Part shown: piece by piece, positions 45,887 through 55,178 of the stretch | How positions within the stretch are numbered: position 1 is the stretch's first letter | Layout of the letters: each line of letters opens with the position of its first letter | NCBI GenBank assembly: GCA_965227405.1 | Contig: OZ245758.1 | Coordinates: 2,932,338-2,996,337, forward strand | DNA from: Polyangiales bacterium | GTDB lineage: Bacteria; Myxococcota_A; Polyangia; Polyangiales; Houyiibacteriaceae | Direction: 5' to 3' | Length of the DNA stretch: 64,000 bases | Position numbers and translations under genes: made by a program | The notes under the pieces: model-generated | What the model was told of the DNA's origin: nothing | Databases searched by the model: none | Seen by the model: the letters and a program-made list of their open reading frames with translations, nothing else

Positions 45887-48800
45887 TTGACCGTTGATTC
45901 GACGTCGATTCCCGATGCGTCCGCGCCGGACGAAGGGACCGATCGGATCGAAGAGCCCGAGAAGCCCAAATCTCGGCGCAAACGGGCACGTGTGGGTCGC
46001 ATTCTGCGTCTCACCACCTACCTGGTGCTGATCACGCTTTTCGTCGGCATGGCGATCACGCAGGCCGACTGGGGCGAACGGAAGATCAGCGAGATGGCGG
46101 TCGAGGCGCTTCGCAATGAGCTGGGTCTCGAAGCGACGTTGGGCGATGTCGAAGTTCGCTACGCGTTCTTTCCTCCAGAGGTGTTCGTCCACGTGACGGA
46201 CATTGATCTGGACCACCCCGAGTACGGCGACTTCGCAGAAGCGGGCGCTCTGGTGATTCGACCTTCGCTCTTGGCGTTCCTGTCTGGACAAGTCGACTTG
46301 CAGCGCATCGAACTCGCCGCGCCGACACTCCATTTACAGATTGAAGACGGGCGTATCGTAAACCTTCCGACGCTTCCCGAAACGCAGGGTGGAACCACCG
46401 AGCTTCCGTTTTCGCGCATTGCAATTCGCGAAGCCGAAGTGGATGTCGATGCAGGCGAACTGGGGCAAGGCGCACTGCGCGATCTCTCGCTCACGATCGA
46501 AGCCGATGGCAGCGAGATGGATATCGAACTCGACTGCGAAGAGGGCTGGGTTGAGCACTTGGGCGGTCGCGACACGCTTCAGCGTTTGTTGTTCGAAGGC
46601 GAGATCGACTTGGATGAAGAAGTCGCCGACATCGAACGCGCGGCTCTTCGCACACCCTACTTCCGAACGATCGTGCGCGATGCCGTGGTGTCGTTCGACT
46701 TGGAGCGCGGCTATGCAGGTAACTTCTTCGCGCGTTTGGATCTGGCTCAAATCGAGCGTTTGCCTATCGAGGTAGGGATTCCGCTTTCGGGTGTGGTCGA
46801 AGTGGAAGCCGATGTGCGCGGGCAAGGCGCCAAGCCCGAAGGCGAAGGCCAAGTCCGACTGCTCGACGTTCGCATCGACGACAAGTGGGGCCTCGGCGAT
46901 GAGATGGCGCTTGAGGTGGCGGCGGACACCGAGCGTGTGGAGATCCGCGAAGGCAGCGTCGCGCATCTACGTCACACTGGCCACGTCGACTTGCTCGCAT
47001 CGGTTCAACTGGATGCGGAACGTGGCTATCCGCTCGAGCTTGGTGCGGACATCCACAGCCTGAACCTTGGCGCGTTGATGGACCAACTCGGGGTGACACG
47101 AAACTCGATCATCAACTGGCCCATGAGCGGCCGCGGCGAGCTGCGCGGAACGCTCTCACCCTTGGCGATCGAAGGACCGCTCAACATTCGAAGCGAAGGG
47201 TTCCTGGTAACGATCGACCCTTGGCACCAGCGTAACGGTCGTCGCTTGATGGGCGTGGAGCGCGGCACGATTCGCGGCACGTGGCGGTTTGATGAAGAGG
47301 CAGCGAAGTTCCTCAACATGCACGTCGATACGGGCCGTTCGCAAGTTGATGTGCCTCTGGTTCACTTGGGTTTTGACAACCGCGTACGCGTCGAAGGCAG
47401 CAGCACGAACATCAATCTGGCTGACATCTCGCCCTTCACCACGTTTGAGATGGCGGGCGTGGGTTCGGCGAACGTCGTCCTCACCGGAACGTTCTGGGAT
47501 CCGGAAGTTCGCGGCAGTACGAAGATGCGCGACTTCGCGTTCGACACCTTTCCCATGGGTGACGTCGAAACCGACTACTTCATGCGCAATGACTACCTTG
47601 CGGTGGTCTTCCCCAACGTACGGGCCGAAAAGAACACCAGTCGCTACCGCATCGACGATTTGGTGTTGGACTTCAAGGACGAACGCATCGAAGTCACCGG
47701 GCATCTGCGCGCGAGTCGGATGACGCTGGAGGACGTCTATCACGTCTTTCACTACGAGAACGACGAACGCTTTGGAGCGGTTCAAGGTGTTGCGCGTGGC
47801 CACATGACGCTGCGCTACACGTTTGATTGGCCGCGTGACGGACCCAACGGAACGTTCGAAACCAACATGGACTTCGACATCCTGGGTGCGACGGTTACCG
47901 ATATCGAGTTCCAAAGCGGGCAGTTCGCCGGGCGATTGCTTTGGCGGGACTACACGCAGGGTCTCGATGGCGCCGAGCTAACGATCGATCATCTCGAACT
48001 GCGCAAGGGCGACGGCACGTTGGCAGTCGCGGGTGCGATTCGACCCGATCGTGCCGGCACACCCACGCAGCTGCATCTGACTGTGAGTGCCGATCAGTTG
48101 GCGATCGCCGAGACCGAAGGCATCAACGAGAGCCTCCCTGAGCTTCAAGGGATCTATTCGGTGTTGGGAGAGATTCGAGGCACACCTTCGGTGCCACGTG
48201 CGCATCTCGACCTGAGCTTTACGGGCCTGCGTTGGGACAACACGTTCTTGGGCGATGCGCGTGCGTACGTCCGGCTCACCGATCGAAGCGACCCCTGGGT
48301 GCGCGAAGCGGCGCAGTGGGATGAAGTGCCCGAGGACGAACCTTGTGCGCATGCCCGCTACGGTTTGGCGCGTGGACGTTGGCGTCCGGATCCTCCGATT
48401 CGAACCGCGGATGGCATGGCACCGGCACTGGAAACGCCGATGGCCTATCTCGTGTGTGGAGAGGGCATGGGCGGTGAGCTCGCGGTCGACATGGCGATGG
48501 GTTGGACGGACGTGTATCCGCTCCGTGGCGTGATCGACTTCAAGCGAATGGAGCTCGATCCGATTCTTCGCCAAGCGGTCCCGGACCGCGATCTCGGTGG
48601 AAACGTCAGTGGCCGAATTGCGCTGACGGCGGGCGACATGTTGCGCGATGGTTCGCTCGGCGGTTGGGTTCGCCTGAACCGGCTTCGTCTCGCAGCACGC
48701 GATGCCGTGGCCGATCGTCGCTTCCGGATTCGGAACGACGGGCCGATCGACATTCGACTTGAGCGTGGAGGCTTTACGGTCAACCGCGCTCGGCTCGCGG

Positions 48801-50209
48801 GTCCGGGCACGCTCTTGGCGGTGAGTGGCGGCGGTGACCAACGCGGCCAGCTTGGGATGCGCGTGGATGGAACCGTGGATCTTCGCGCGCTGGAAACGCT
48901 GTCGACGGAAGTCGCGCACAGCAGTGGCGAGTTGGCGGTGCGCGTGGACATCAACGGCACGGCGAGCGATCCGACCATTCACGGAGACGCAGAGATTGCG
49001 GGTGGGCGCGTATTGTTGGCGCAGATGCCCTACGTGGAGATCGAAGACCTTTCGGGACGCATCGATTTCAACCGACGACGCGCCGAGTTTGAGAACTTCC
49101 AAGCGCGCATTGCAGGTGGTGCGTTCCGGATGAACGGAGCGTCGACGATTCGTGGTGGTGAACTGCGCAACTATCGTTTCGATATGCGTTTGCGCGACGC
49201 GTTGTTGCGACCTGAGGAGGGTGTGCGTTTGGGGCTCGACGGTGACGCGCAGTTCACGTGGGAAGCCGGACAGCGACTTCCTCGCCTCGAGGGGGAACTG
49301 CGTATCGCGCGTGGTCGCTACAACCGCCCGATCCAACTTTCACCCACGCTCGGGCAGCTGTACCGCCCACAACGCGCCGAGGTCGAGCGCTACGACCCCG
49401 ATGCGGACAACATCGAGGTCGACCTACGCATTGTCGATCGCGGGTCGTTCAGGATTCGAAACAACCTGTTGGATTTGGATCTGCGAATCGACGACTCGGA
49501 TCGTCCCTTCCGGGTGGTGGGAACCGACCAACGCTACGGTGTGCTTGGACGCCTGGAAGTCGATCGAGGAACCGTTCGCTTCCGAAATACGAACTTGGAT
49601 GTCACGCGCGGCGAGATTCGGTTCAACGACGAAACACGCTTGGATGCGAGCTTCGATGTGTTGGCCGAGACCGAGGTGCGGCGTCAGCAAACCAGTGCGG
49701 ATCTGACGGCACCGGCGTGGCGTGTTTCAGTGCGTGCGCACGGCAACATGGATGCGTTTCGCTTGGATGCGAGCAGTCAGCCGCAGCTTTCGCAAGAGGA
49801 CCTGATGCTCCTGCTCACGGTTGGAATGACCTCGGCCGAAGCGGCGCAGCTCGAAGCGGGTGATGTGGGTGGAACGGCGCTCGAAGCGTTGAGCGCGTTG
49901 GCCGGCGTGAACGAAGAAGTGACCAACGCCGTGCAGGTGATCGACGAGTTCGCGATCACCACGCGCTACTCACCCGTGACGGGTCGTCCAGAGCCGATGG
50001 TGACGGTGGGTAAGCGGATTACAGACCGCGTGCGACTGAGCGCGGCGACGGGGCTGACCGGTTCGGAGCGAACGTTCCAAACGGGCGTGGAGTGGCAGGT
50101 CGGCGACCAGACGAGCTTCCAGGTGCTGTACGACAACATCAACCGAGAGAGCGCGTCGTCATTCGGTAACGTTGGTTTGGACTTTCACTGGCGGTTGGAG
50201 TTCGAGTAG
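45887..50209 (+). CDS. TamB-like translocation and assembly module protein (AsmA-like, C-terminal DUF490)
   Basis: 1440 aa. N-terminal TM anchor (LTTYLVLITLFVGMAIT) and long beta-rich repetitive body. C-terminal ...VGKRITDRVRLSAATGLTGSERTFQTGVEWQVGDQTSFQVLYDN... is typical of the TamB C-terminus. Confidence 0.8.
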   Translation: MTVDSTSIPDASAPDEGTDRIEEPEKPKSRRKRARVGRILRLTTYLVLITLFVGMAITQADWGERKISEMAVEALRNELGLEATLGDVEVRYAFFPPEVFVHVTDIDLDHPEYGDFAEAGALVIRPSLLAFLSGQVDLQRIELAAPTLHLQIEDGRIVNLPTLPETQGGTTELPFSRIAIREAEVDVDAGELGQGALRDLSLTIEADGSEMDIELDCEEGWVEHLGGRDTLQRLLFEGEIDLDEEVADIERAALRTPYFRTIVRDAVVSFDLERGYAGNFFARLDLAQIERLPIEVGIPLSGVVEVEADVRGQGAKPEGEGQVRLLDVRIDDKWGLGDEMALEVAADTERVEIREGSVAHLRHTGHVDLLASVQLDAERGYPLELGADIHSLNLGALMDQLGVTRNSIINWPMSGRGELRGTLSPLAIEGPLNIRSEGFLVTIDPWHQRNGRRLMGVERGTIRGTWRFDEEAAKFLNMHVDTGRSQVDVPLVHLGFDNRVRVEGSSTNINLADISPFTTFEMAGVGSANVVLTGTFWDPEVRGSTKMRDFAFDTFPMGDVETDYFMRNDYLAVVFPNVRAEKNTSRYRIDDLVLDFKDERIEVTGHLRASRMTLEDVYHVFHYENDERFGAVQGVARGHMTLRYTFDWPRDGPNGTFETNMDFDILGATVTDIEFQSGQFAGRLLWRDYTQGLDGAELTIDHLELRKGDGTLAVAGAIRPDRAGTPTQLHLTVSADQLAIAETEGINESLPELQGIYSVLGEIRGTPSVPRAHLDLSFTGLRWDNTFLGDARAYVRLTDRSDPWVREAAQWDEVPEDEPCAHARYGLARGRWRPDPPIRTADGMAPALETPMAYLVCGEGMGGELAVDMAMGWTDVYPLRGVIDFKRMELDPILRQAVPDRDLGGNVSGRIALTAGDMLRDGSLGGWVRLNRLRLAARDAVADRRFRIRNDGPIDIRLERGGFTVNRARLAGPGTLLAVSGGGDQRGQLGMRVDGTVDLRALETLSTEVAHSSGELAVRVDINGTASDPTIHGDAEIAGGRVLLAQMPYVEIEDLSGRIDFNRRRAEFENFQARIAGGAFRMNGASTIRGGELRNYRFDMRLRDALLRPEEGVRLGLDGDAQFTWEAGQRLPRLEGELRIARGRYNRPIQLSPTLGQLYRPQRAEVERYDPDADNIEVDLRIVDRGSFRIRNNLLDLDLRIDDSDRPFRVVGTDQRYGVLGRLEVDRGTVRFRNTNLDVTRGEIRFNDETRLDASFDVLAETEVRRQQTSADLTAPAWRVSVRAHGNMDAFRLDASSQPQLSQEDLMLLLTVGMTSAEAAQLEAGDVGGTALEALSALAGVNEEVTNAVQVIDEFAITTRYSPVTGRPEPMVTVGKRITDRVRLSAATGLTGSERTFQTGVEWQVGDQTSFQVLYDNINRESASSFGNVGLDFHWRLEFE

Positions 50210-50213
50210 GCGG

Positions 50214-50240
50214 CTGCTTGGTGCTTGGTGCTTGGTATGC
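50214..50240. repeat. short tandem repeat (GGTGCTT)2-3 followed downstream (50296-50304) by a T9 run
   Basis: Read directly in the 127-bp convergent gap between tamB and exbD. The A/T homopolymer is unusual in about 70% GC DNA and is flanked by GGGAGACC / GGTCCC partial complementarity, so it may act as a bidirectional terminator. Confidence 0.25.
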
Positions 50241-50335
50241 CGGGAGACCATTTAATTTTCTGGAAGATCTGAAGACGTGTAAGAGGGCCAAGGGGAGACC
50301 GAGTTTTTTTTTGGTCCCACTCAATGACGCTGGCG

Positions 50336-50749
50336 TTACTCGTGGATCTCGATCGCTAGCTTCCGCACGTGTTGTTTTCGTAGTTCGTCCATCAGTTGCA
50401 CGACTCGTGCGTGAACGACTTCTTCGTCGGCTCGAATCACTGCCGATGTTGCGCCGGACGAACGGACTCGATCGCTGAGTTCTTCGAGCGTGATCGTCTC
50501 CTCGTCCAAGTGCAGCGTTCCGTTTGCCAGCACGTGTAGACGCAAGGGTTCGACACTGCCGGTCGGCTCTCCCGACGAGGGTACTTGGACAGGAATCTGA
50601 GCGAGTGCTGCGGTCGCCGCGACCATCAGAACGACAAGCAGGACCAACACGACATCCACCAGAGGGGTGACGTTGATCCGCTGGATCAACTCGTCGTCGT
50701 CATCGAACGTGCGCACTCCCTCATCGGACCCTGAAAGCCCACGCATCAC
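50336..50749 (-). CDS. exbD: ExbD/TolR-family biopolymer transport protein
   Basis: A single TM preceded by INVTPLVDVVLVLLVVLMV and a periplasmic domain ending VRADEEVVHARVVQLMDEL, the canonical ExbD/TolR pattern. Confidence 0.8.
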   Translation of the reverse strand: MMRGLSGSDEGVRTFDDDDELIQRINVTPLVDVVLVLLVVLMVAATAALAQIPVQVPSSGEPTGSVEPLRLHVLANGTLHLDEETITLEELSDRVRSSGATSAVIRADEEVVHARVVQLMDELRKQHVRKLAIEIHE

Positions 50750-50835
50750 AATCCGAGGAACCCCGCGTTTTCAACCATGCTGAGCGTGACCTTACCCACG
50801 CGTTGAGCGTTCATTCAGTCGGCTTAAACGACAAC

Positions 50836-50857
50836 ACGCCGCGTCAGTTGACGCGGC
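50836..50857. promoter_or_regulatory. perfect 10-bp inverted repeat CGCCGCGTCA-GT-TGACGCGGCG
   Basis: Read directly. It lies in the 172-bp gap between the small Cys-containing protein gene and exbD on the minus strand. Possible GC hairpin (9-bp stem, AGTT loop) or a protein-binding palindrome. Confidence 0.3.
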
Positions 50858-50921
50858 GCGTGATGCGACATCGCTTCGCAGCGTGACAGCTAGGCGCGCA
50901 ACGGACTACGCGCCTGCACGC

Positions 50922-51131
50922 TCATGCGAGGCGACACTCCCAACAGTCGACTTCCATTTCCAATCGCGCGTTGAGCGCGTCGCGCGAGAAGACTCCCGAC
51001 GCTTCCAGGCTGTCGTCGTCGAGTTCTTTTGACCACGGCGGCGGACAGGACTCAGGTGTGAGGGCCTGCAGACCTTCAAAGATATTGGAATCGGCGTCGT
51101 CCACGATTTGCACTGCGTACTTCATGTTCAC
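50922..51131 (-). CDS. small hypothetical protein (69 aa) with CPPPW...CWEC motif
   Basis: A GGGGGAG RBS sits 6 nt upstream of the ATG. The sequence is protein-like (MNMKYAVQIVDDADSNIFEGL). Three Cys and one His are spaced like a small zinc-binding knuckle. Confidence 0.45.
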   Translation of the reverse strand: MNMKYAVQIVDDADSNIFEGLQALTPESCPPPWSKELDDDSLEASGVFSRDALNARLEMEVDCWECRLA

Positions 51132-51187
51132 TCCCCCCTAAGGGACAGCTGCAACACAAAGCAGGAACCGATCCACGACGCGTCGCG

Positions 51188-51631
51188 TTACTTCGAGCGC
51201 ACAACCAGTACAGGGCACGTCGCGAGCCGCACCACACGCTCAGCCACACTTCCGAGCAGGACTCGACGAAACCCAGTTCGCCCATGTGAGCCCACAATGA
51301 TCATGTCGGCTTCGCTCTTCTCTGCAGCTTCGGCCAACGCCTCTCCGGGTGAGTCGTGTCGCACCACGCTGACCTCCACATCACAGTCGGCGAGGTGTTC
51401 GTTCTTGGTGTTCTCCAAGTCGGAACGAGTGCTTTCTTCGACTTCGTCGGCAGCCTGTTCCAAGAGTTTGGTGGGTCCGCGCGAACGCGTGAAAGGTGCG
51501 ACATCCAACACATGCACCAACAACACCTTGGCACCTAGCGAAGCGTAGAACTTCGCGTTTTGAAGCGCGGGAACGCTCGCAGGAGAGAAATCCGTGGCGA
51601 CGACCACGAGCTTGGGCGGCAAGTTGGCCAT
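51188..51631 (-). CDS. universal stress protein (UspA family)
   Basis: KLVVVATDFSPAS...VLLVHVLD...IIVGSHGRTGFRRVLLGSVAERVVRLATCPVLVV is the Usp ATP-binding fold, with the G-2x-G-9x-G(S/T) motif present. Confidence 0.8.
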   Translation of the reverse strand: MANLPPKLVVVATDFSPASVPALQNAKFYASLGAKVLLVHVLDVAPFTRSRGPTKLLEQAADEVEESTRSDLENTKNEHLADCDVEVSVVRHDSPGEALAEAAEKSEADMIIVGSHGRTGFRRVLLGSVAERVVRLATCPVLVVRSK

Positions 51632-51672
51632 GAAGTTCCTTACCACAACGCGCCTGCTATCCTCGCCACGTA

Positions 51673-53244
51673 ATGGCTGACCCCCTTCCGCGTCGCTTTG
51701 GCAAGTACGTCTTGCAGCGTCGTCTCGGAGTGGGGGGTATGGCCGAGACCTTCGTTGCTCGTCGCGACGACTCGGTGGAGCAACTGGTGTGCGTCAAACG
51801 CGTGCTGCCGGCGTTCAACACCGACAAAGACTTCATCAAGCAGTTTGTTCGCGAGGCACGCGTCGCCGCCAAGCTCCGTCACAGCAACATCGTCGGCATC
51901 CTGGATTTTGGAGAAGTCGAGAGCGAGCACTACATGGCGCTCGAACTTGTCGACGGCGTGGACATGCGTGGCTTGCTGCACATGGAGCCCGACCAGCAAC
52001 TAGATCCCGAACTTGCGGTACTGATCGCGATCCAGATCGCGTACGCGTTGGAGCACGCGCATGCTTCCGAAGGAGGAATCGTTCATCGCGACGTGACGCC
52101 CTCGAACATTCTTCTCTCCACGCATGGGGAGGTGAAGCTTGCCGACTTTGGTGTCGCCAAAGCGCTGACCGGTACAAGCGTCGCCACCGCGACTGGCTTC
52201 ATCAAAGGCAAGGTCCCCTACATGGCGCCCGAGCAGATGCGTGGCGCTGACATCGATGGGCGCGTCGATCTCTTCTCGCTTGGTGTGACGCTCTTCGAAG
52301 CGTTGAGTGGGCGGCGACCCTTCGTCGGTAAACACGACGTCGAAGTGATGATGAAAGTGCTCGAAAGCGATCGTCCAGCATTGAAAGACGTCGCACTCGC
52401 GTTGCCTGAAGGATTGGCGGACGTTGTTGAGAAACTCTTGGCCGCGAAACCGGAGGAGCGCTTTGCCGAAGCCGGTGAACTCGTGGATGCGCTTGCGCCC
52501 TTTGTGGGCAACGAAGAACAAGCACGAGATCGCCTCGCAGCGAAGGTTGTGGCGGCGTACGGCGCCGACACCGGCGAAGAGCTGGCCACACAAGACACAG
52601 AACTCGCTCTGCAACTACCGCAGCAGGTGGCGGATCCGGAGGTTCCCAAAACGGCTCCCGATACGGCGCCGGTCGAGATGGTCACCGCTGCGAGTGAACC
52701 TCTGTCGCGTCGACGAACGCCTTGGATTGCAGCGGGCGCGGTGGTTGTTGCACTCGTCGCTGGTGTGGGCGCGTTTGCCTTGCAAAGCGATGATCCCGTC
52801 GAGCCACCCTTGGTGAACACCGACGCTGTCGATGTGAACCCCGAAATGAGTTCCGAAATGAGTTCCGAGATGAGTGCGCCCACCATGGAGACGTTGCCCG
52901 TGGGTCAGCTTCCGCCGGAAGAACTGCCGACGGAGATGACCAGCACGATGACGACCATGACGGAGTCGACGATGACTGAGTCCATGACCGAGTCGACGCG
53001 AGTGGAATCGGAGATGGAGTCGGAGATGGAGTCCATGCGCCGCGGCACGGGCATGGTTCGGATTCGGATTAGCCCGTGGGGCTACATCTGGCACCGCGGA
53101 ATGCGTCAGCGTGCGCCGAGGACGTACACATTGCCCGTCGGACGGCATCGCTTTGGCATCGGACAAGAGTCGGTGGTGCAAAACCGCACGGTTCAGATCG
53201 AAGCCAACAAGACCCAACAAATTCTAGTCAACCTCGACGAATGA
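51673..53244 (+). CDS. Ser/Thr protein kinase with TM segment, Ser/Glu/Met low-complexity repeats and C-terminal PEGA-like domain
   Basis: Kinase motifs GVGGMAETF, VKRV, HRDVTPSNILL, DFGVA and APEQ. A TM helix (WIAAGAVVVALVAGVGAFAL). MSSEMSSEMS and ESEMESEMES tracts. C-terminal GMVRIRISPWGYIWHRG...TYTLPVGRHRF PEGA-like beta domain. Confidence 0.85.
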   Translation: MADPLPRRFGKYVLQRRLGVGGMAETFVARRDDSVEQLVCVKRVLPAFNTDKDFIKQFVREARVAAKLRHSNIVGILDFGEVESEHYMALELVDGVDMRGLLHMEPDQQLDPELAVLIAIQIAYALEHAHASEGGIVHRDVTPSNILLSTHGEVKLADFGVAKALTGTSVATATGFIKGKVPYMAPEQMRGADIDGRVDLFSLGVTLFEALSGRRPFVGKHDVEVMMKVLESDRPALKDVALALPEGLADVVEKLLAAKPEERFAEAGELVDALAPFVGNEEQARDRLAAKVVAAYGADTGEELATQDTELALQLPQQVADPEVPKTAPDTAPVEMVTAASEPLSRRRTPWIAAGAVVVALVAGVGAFALQSDDPVEPPLVNTDAVDVNPEMSSEMSSEMSAPTMETLPVGQLPPEELPTEMTSTMTTMTESTMTESMTESTRVESEMESEMESMRRGTGMVRIRISPWGYIWHRGMRQRAPRTYTLPVGRHRFGIGQESVVQNRTVQIEANKTQQILVNLDE

Positions 53245-54233
53245 AGGCGGAATCTTCCGACGCGATTGCGGGTTGCCTGCGCATGAGGGGCGTCGCGATG
53301 GCTGTCGTTCTCGTCGTCTCCTCGACCGCACACGCTGTCGATCCGAACGAGAACACCGAGGTCGAAATCGACCCGGGCACGGCTGTGCCTCCGCCCCCTG
53401 CACCGCCCGAACCGCAACGCGAGGTCGACCTTCTTCCCCGGCTGACCTTGGCTGAAACGGTAGGTTGGATCTTAGTTCCTGAGCCGGAGCCGAGTGACCC
53501 CGAAGAACTCGCCGAGCGAGAACTTGATCGACGTCTCGCCGCTCACGTGATGCGCAACTCGATGGAGCACATCGGGGCGGACGGTTGGTACCACGCGATG
53601 GGGGCGCAGATTCGCGACGAGCTGCGCATCGACTCCAACGAGATGATTCAGGACGAACGTCGCGGCATGAACACGCTGCAGCGTCTCGTTGCGGAGCTGG
53701 GTCGCTACGCGAACGGTCCTTCGGCACCGCAAGGAGGTCCTGCGGCGCCGACCCCCGAAATGCTCAACCCCCACGATCCGAACGAGCAGTGGCACAGCAA
53801 CTACCAAGACCACGTGAACCTGCGGAACGCACCGGTGAACTGGTACCGCGTCGAGGTCCGGATCACTCAAGCACCCGACGGTGACTTGCTTGCGGTATGG
53901 ATCACTCGTTCGTCGGGCAATCGCGTCGTCGATCGTGTCGCACTCAATGCTGTGCGCCAGGGATCCACGCGTGTTCCGCCGCCGCCTCCCGAGATCCTGG
54001 GCCAACGTCGCGCGATTGTGAGCGAATGGGCCATCGAAATCGGCGATGTGGCCACCATGTGGGGTCAGGCCGGGTGTGTGATGGGTGGTGTGCGGGGACA
54101 GAGCTGCACGAACGGGACAGGTCGAGGCATTATCCGCACGCGTATGCAGTTGCTCCGCGTGATCGACCACACCCATCCGACGTTCGAAGAACGTCGTGCG
54201 AGACGAAACCGTCGCGCTCGCAATCGCCGATGA
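53241..54233 (+). CDS. secreted/anchored protein with Pro-rich linker and TonB-C-like domain
   Basis: Its ATG overlaps the kinase stop in ATGA. Signal/anchor helix (VAMAVVLVVSSTAHA). A PPPPAPPEP linker. YRVEVRITQAPDGDLLAVWITRSSGNRVVDRVALNAVRQ resembles the TonB C-terminal fold signature. Confidence 0.45.
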   Translation: MKAESSDAIAGCLRMRGVAMAVVLVVSSTAHAVDPNENTEVEIDPGTAVPPPPAPPEPQREVDLLPRLTLAETVGWILVPEPEPSDPEELAERELDRRLAAHVMRNSMEHIGADGWYHAMGAQIRDELRIDSNEMIQDERRGMNTLQRLVAELGRYANGPSAPQGGPAAPTPEMLNPHDPNEQWHSNYQDHVNLRNAPVNWYRVEVRITQAPDGDLLAVWITRSSGNRVVDRVALNAVRQGSTRVPPPPPEILGQRRAIVSEWAIEIGDVATMWGQAGCVMGGVRGQSCTNGTGRGIIRTRMQLLRVIDHTHPTFEERRARRNRRARNRR

Positions 54234-55096
54234 ACGTTCATCTGATCGACGGAACCTACGAACTCTTTCGTATGTTCTTTGGTGCACCCAGTGCGCAATC
54301 GCCTGCGGGGCAAGAAGTGGGTGCGGTTCGCGCGCTGCTTCGATCGTTTGCGGCGATGCTGCGCGACCCGGATGTCACACACGTGGGCGTGGCGTTCGAT
54401 CACGTGATCGAGTCGTTCCGAAACGATCTATTCGACGGGTACAAAACCGGAGAAGGCCTTGAGCCGGTTCTCTACGAGCAGTTTCCGTTAGCCGAACGCG
54501 CGACTCGTGCACTGGGCATTGTGGTGTGGCCCATGGTTCGGTTTGAAGCGGATGATGGTCTCGCTGCGGCGGCGCACAAGTTCGGGCAAGATCCACGCGT
54601 CGATCGGGTGTTGATCTGTTCGCCGGACAAAGATCTTTCGCAGTGTGTGGTGGACGATCGAATCGTGTGTTTCGATCGCCGCAAGAAAGAGATGCGCACC
54701 GCCGACGGTGTGCGTGAGAAGTTTGGCGTGTCGCCCAAGTCGATCCCTGATTACCTCGGTTTGGTCGGTGACACCGCCGACGGCATTCCGGGAATCCCAC
54801 GTTGGGGTGCGAAGGGTGCTGCGACGGTGCTTGCGCGGTACGAACACATCACGGAGATCCCTCGGAGTGCCGACGAGTGGGATGTGAAAGTGCGCGGTGC
54901 GAAGTCGTTGTCGGACAACCTAGAAGCTCAACGCGAAGACGCGATGCTTTATCGAAAGCTTGCGGTGCTTCGCACGGATGTGCCGATCCACGAGAGCCTG
55001 GACGATCTCCGTTGGACCGGCGCCGATCGCGACAACCTGGAAGCGTTGTGTGATGAGCTCGGTGATCGTGGCGTGCTGAATCGCCTTCCGACGTAA
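54230..55096 (+). CDS. 5'-3' exonuclease (FEN/Pol I N-terminal-like, ExoIX/YgdG family)
   Basis: N-terminus MNVHLIDGTYELFRMFF and an H3TH motif LGLVGDTADGIPGIPRWGAKGAATVL. Its ATG overlaps the upstream stop in ATGA. Confidence 0.75.
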   Translation: MNVHLIDGTYELFRMFFGAPSAQSPAGQEVGAVRALLRSFAAMLRDPDVTHVGVAFDHVIESFRNDLFDGYKTGEGLEPVLYEQFPLAERATRALGIVVWPMVRFEADDGLAAAAHKFGQDPRVDRVLICSPDKDLSQCVVDDRIVCFDRRKKEMRTADGVREKFGVSPKSIPDYLGLVGDTADGIPGIPRWGAKGAATVLARYEHITEIPRSADEWDVKVRGAKSLSDNLEAQREDAMLYRKLAVLRTDVPIHESLDDLRWTGADRDNLEALCDELGDRGVLNRLPT

Positions 55097-55178
55097 CGTC
55101 GGATGAAATCTCACCGGTCGTTCGCCTTCCGGTGGATACGCTTGACTATCTTGGTACCAAGGTACACAGTGACCAGGC

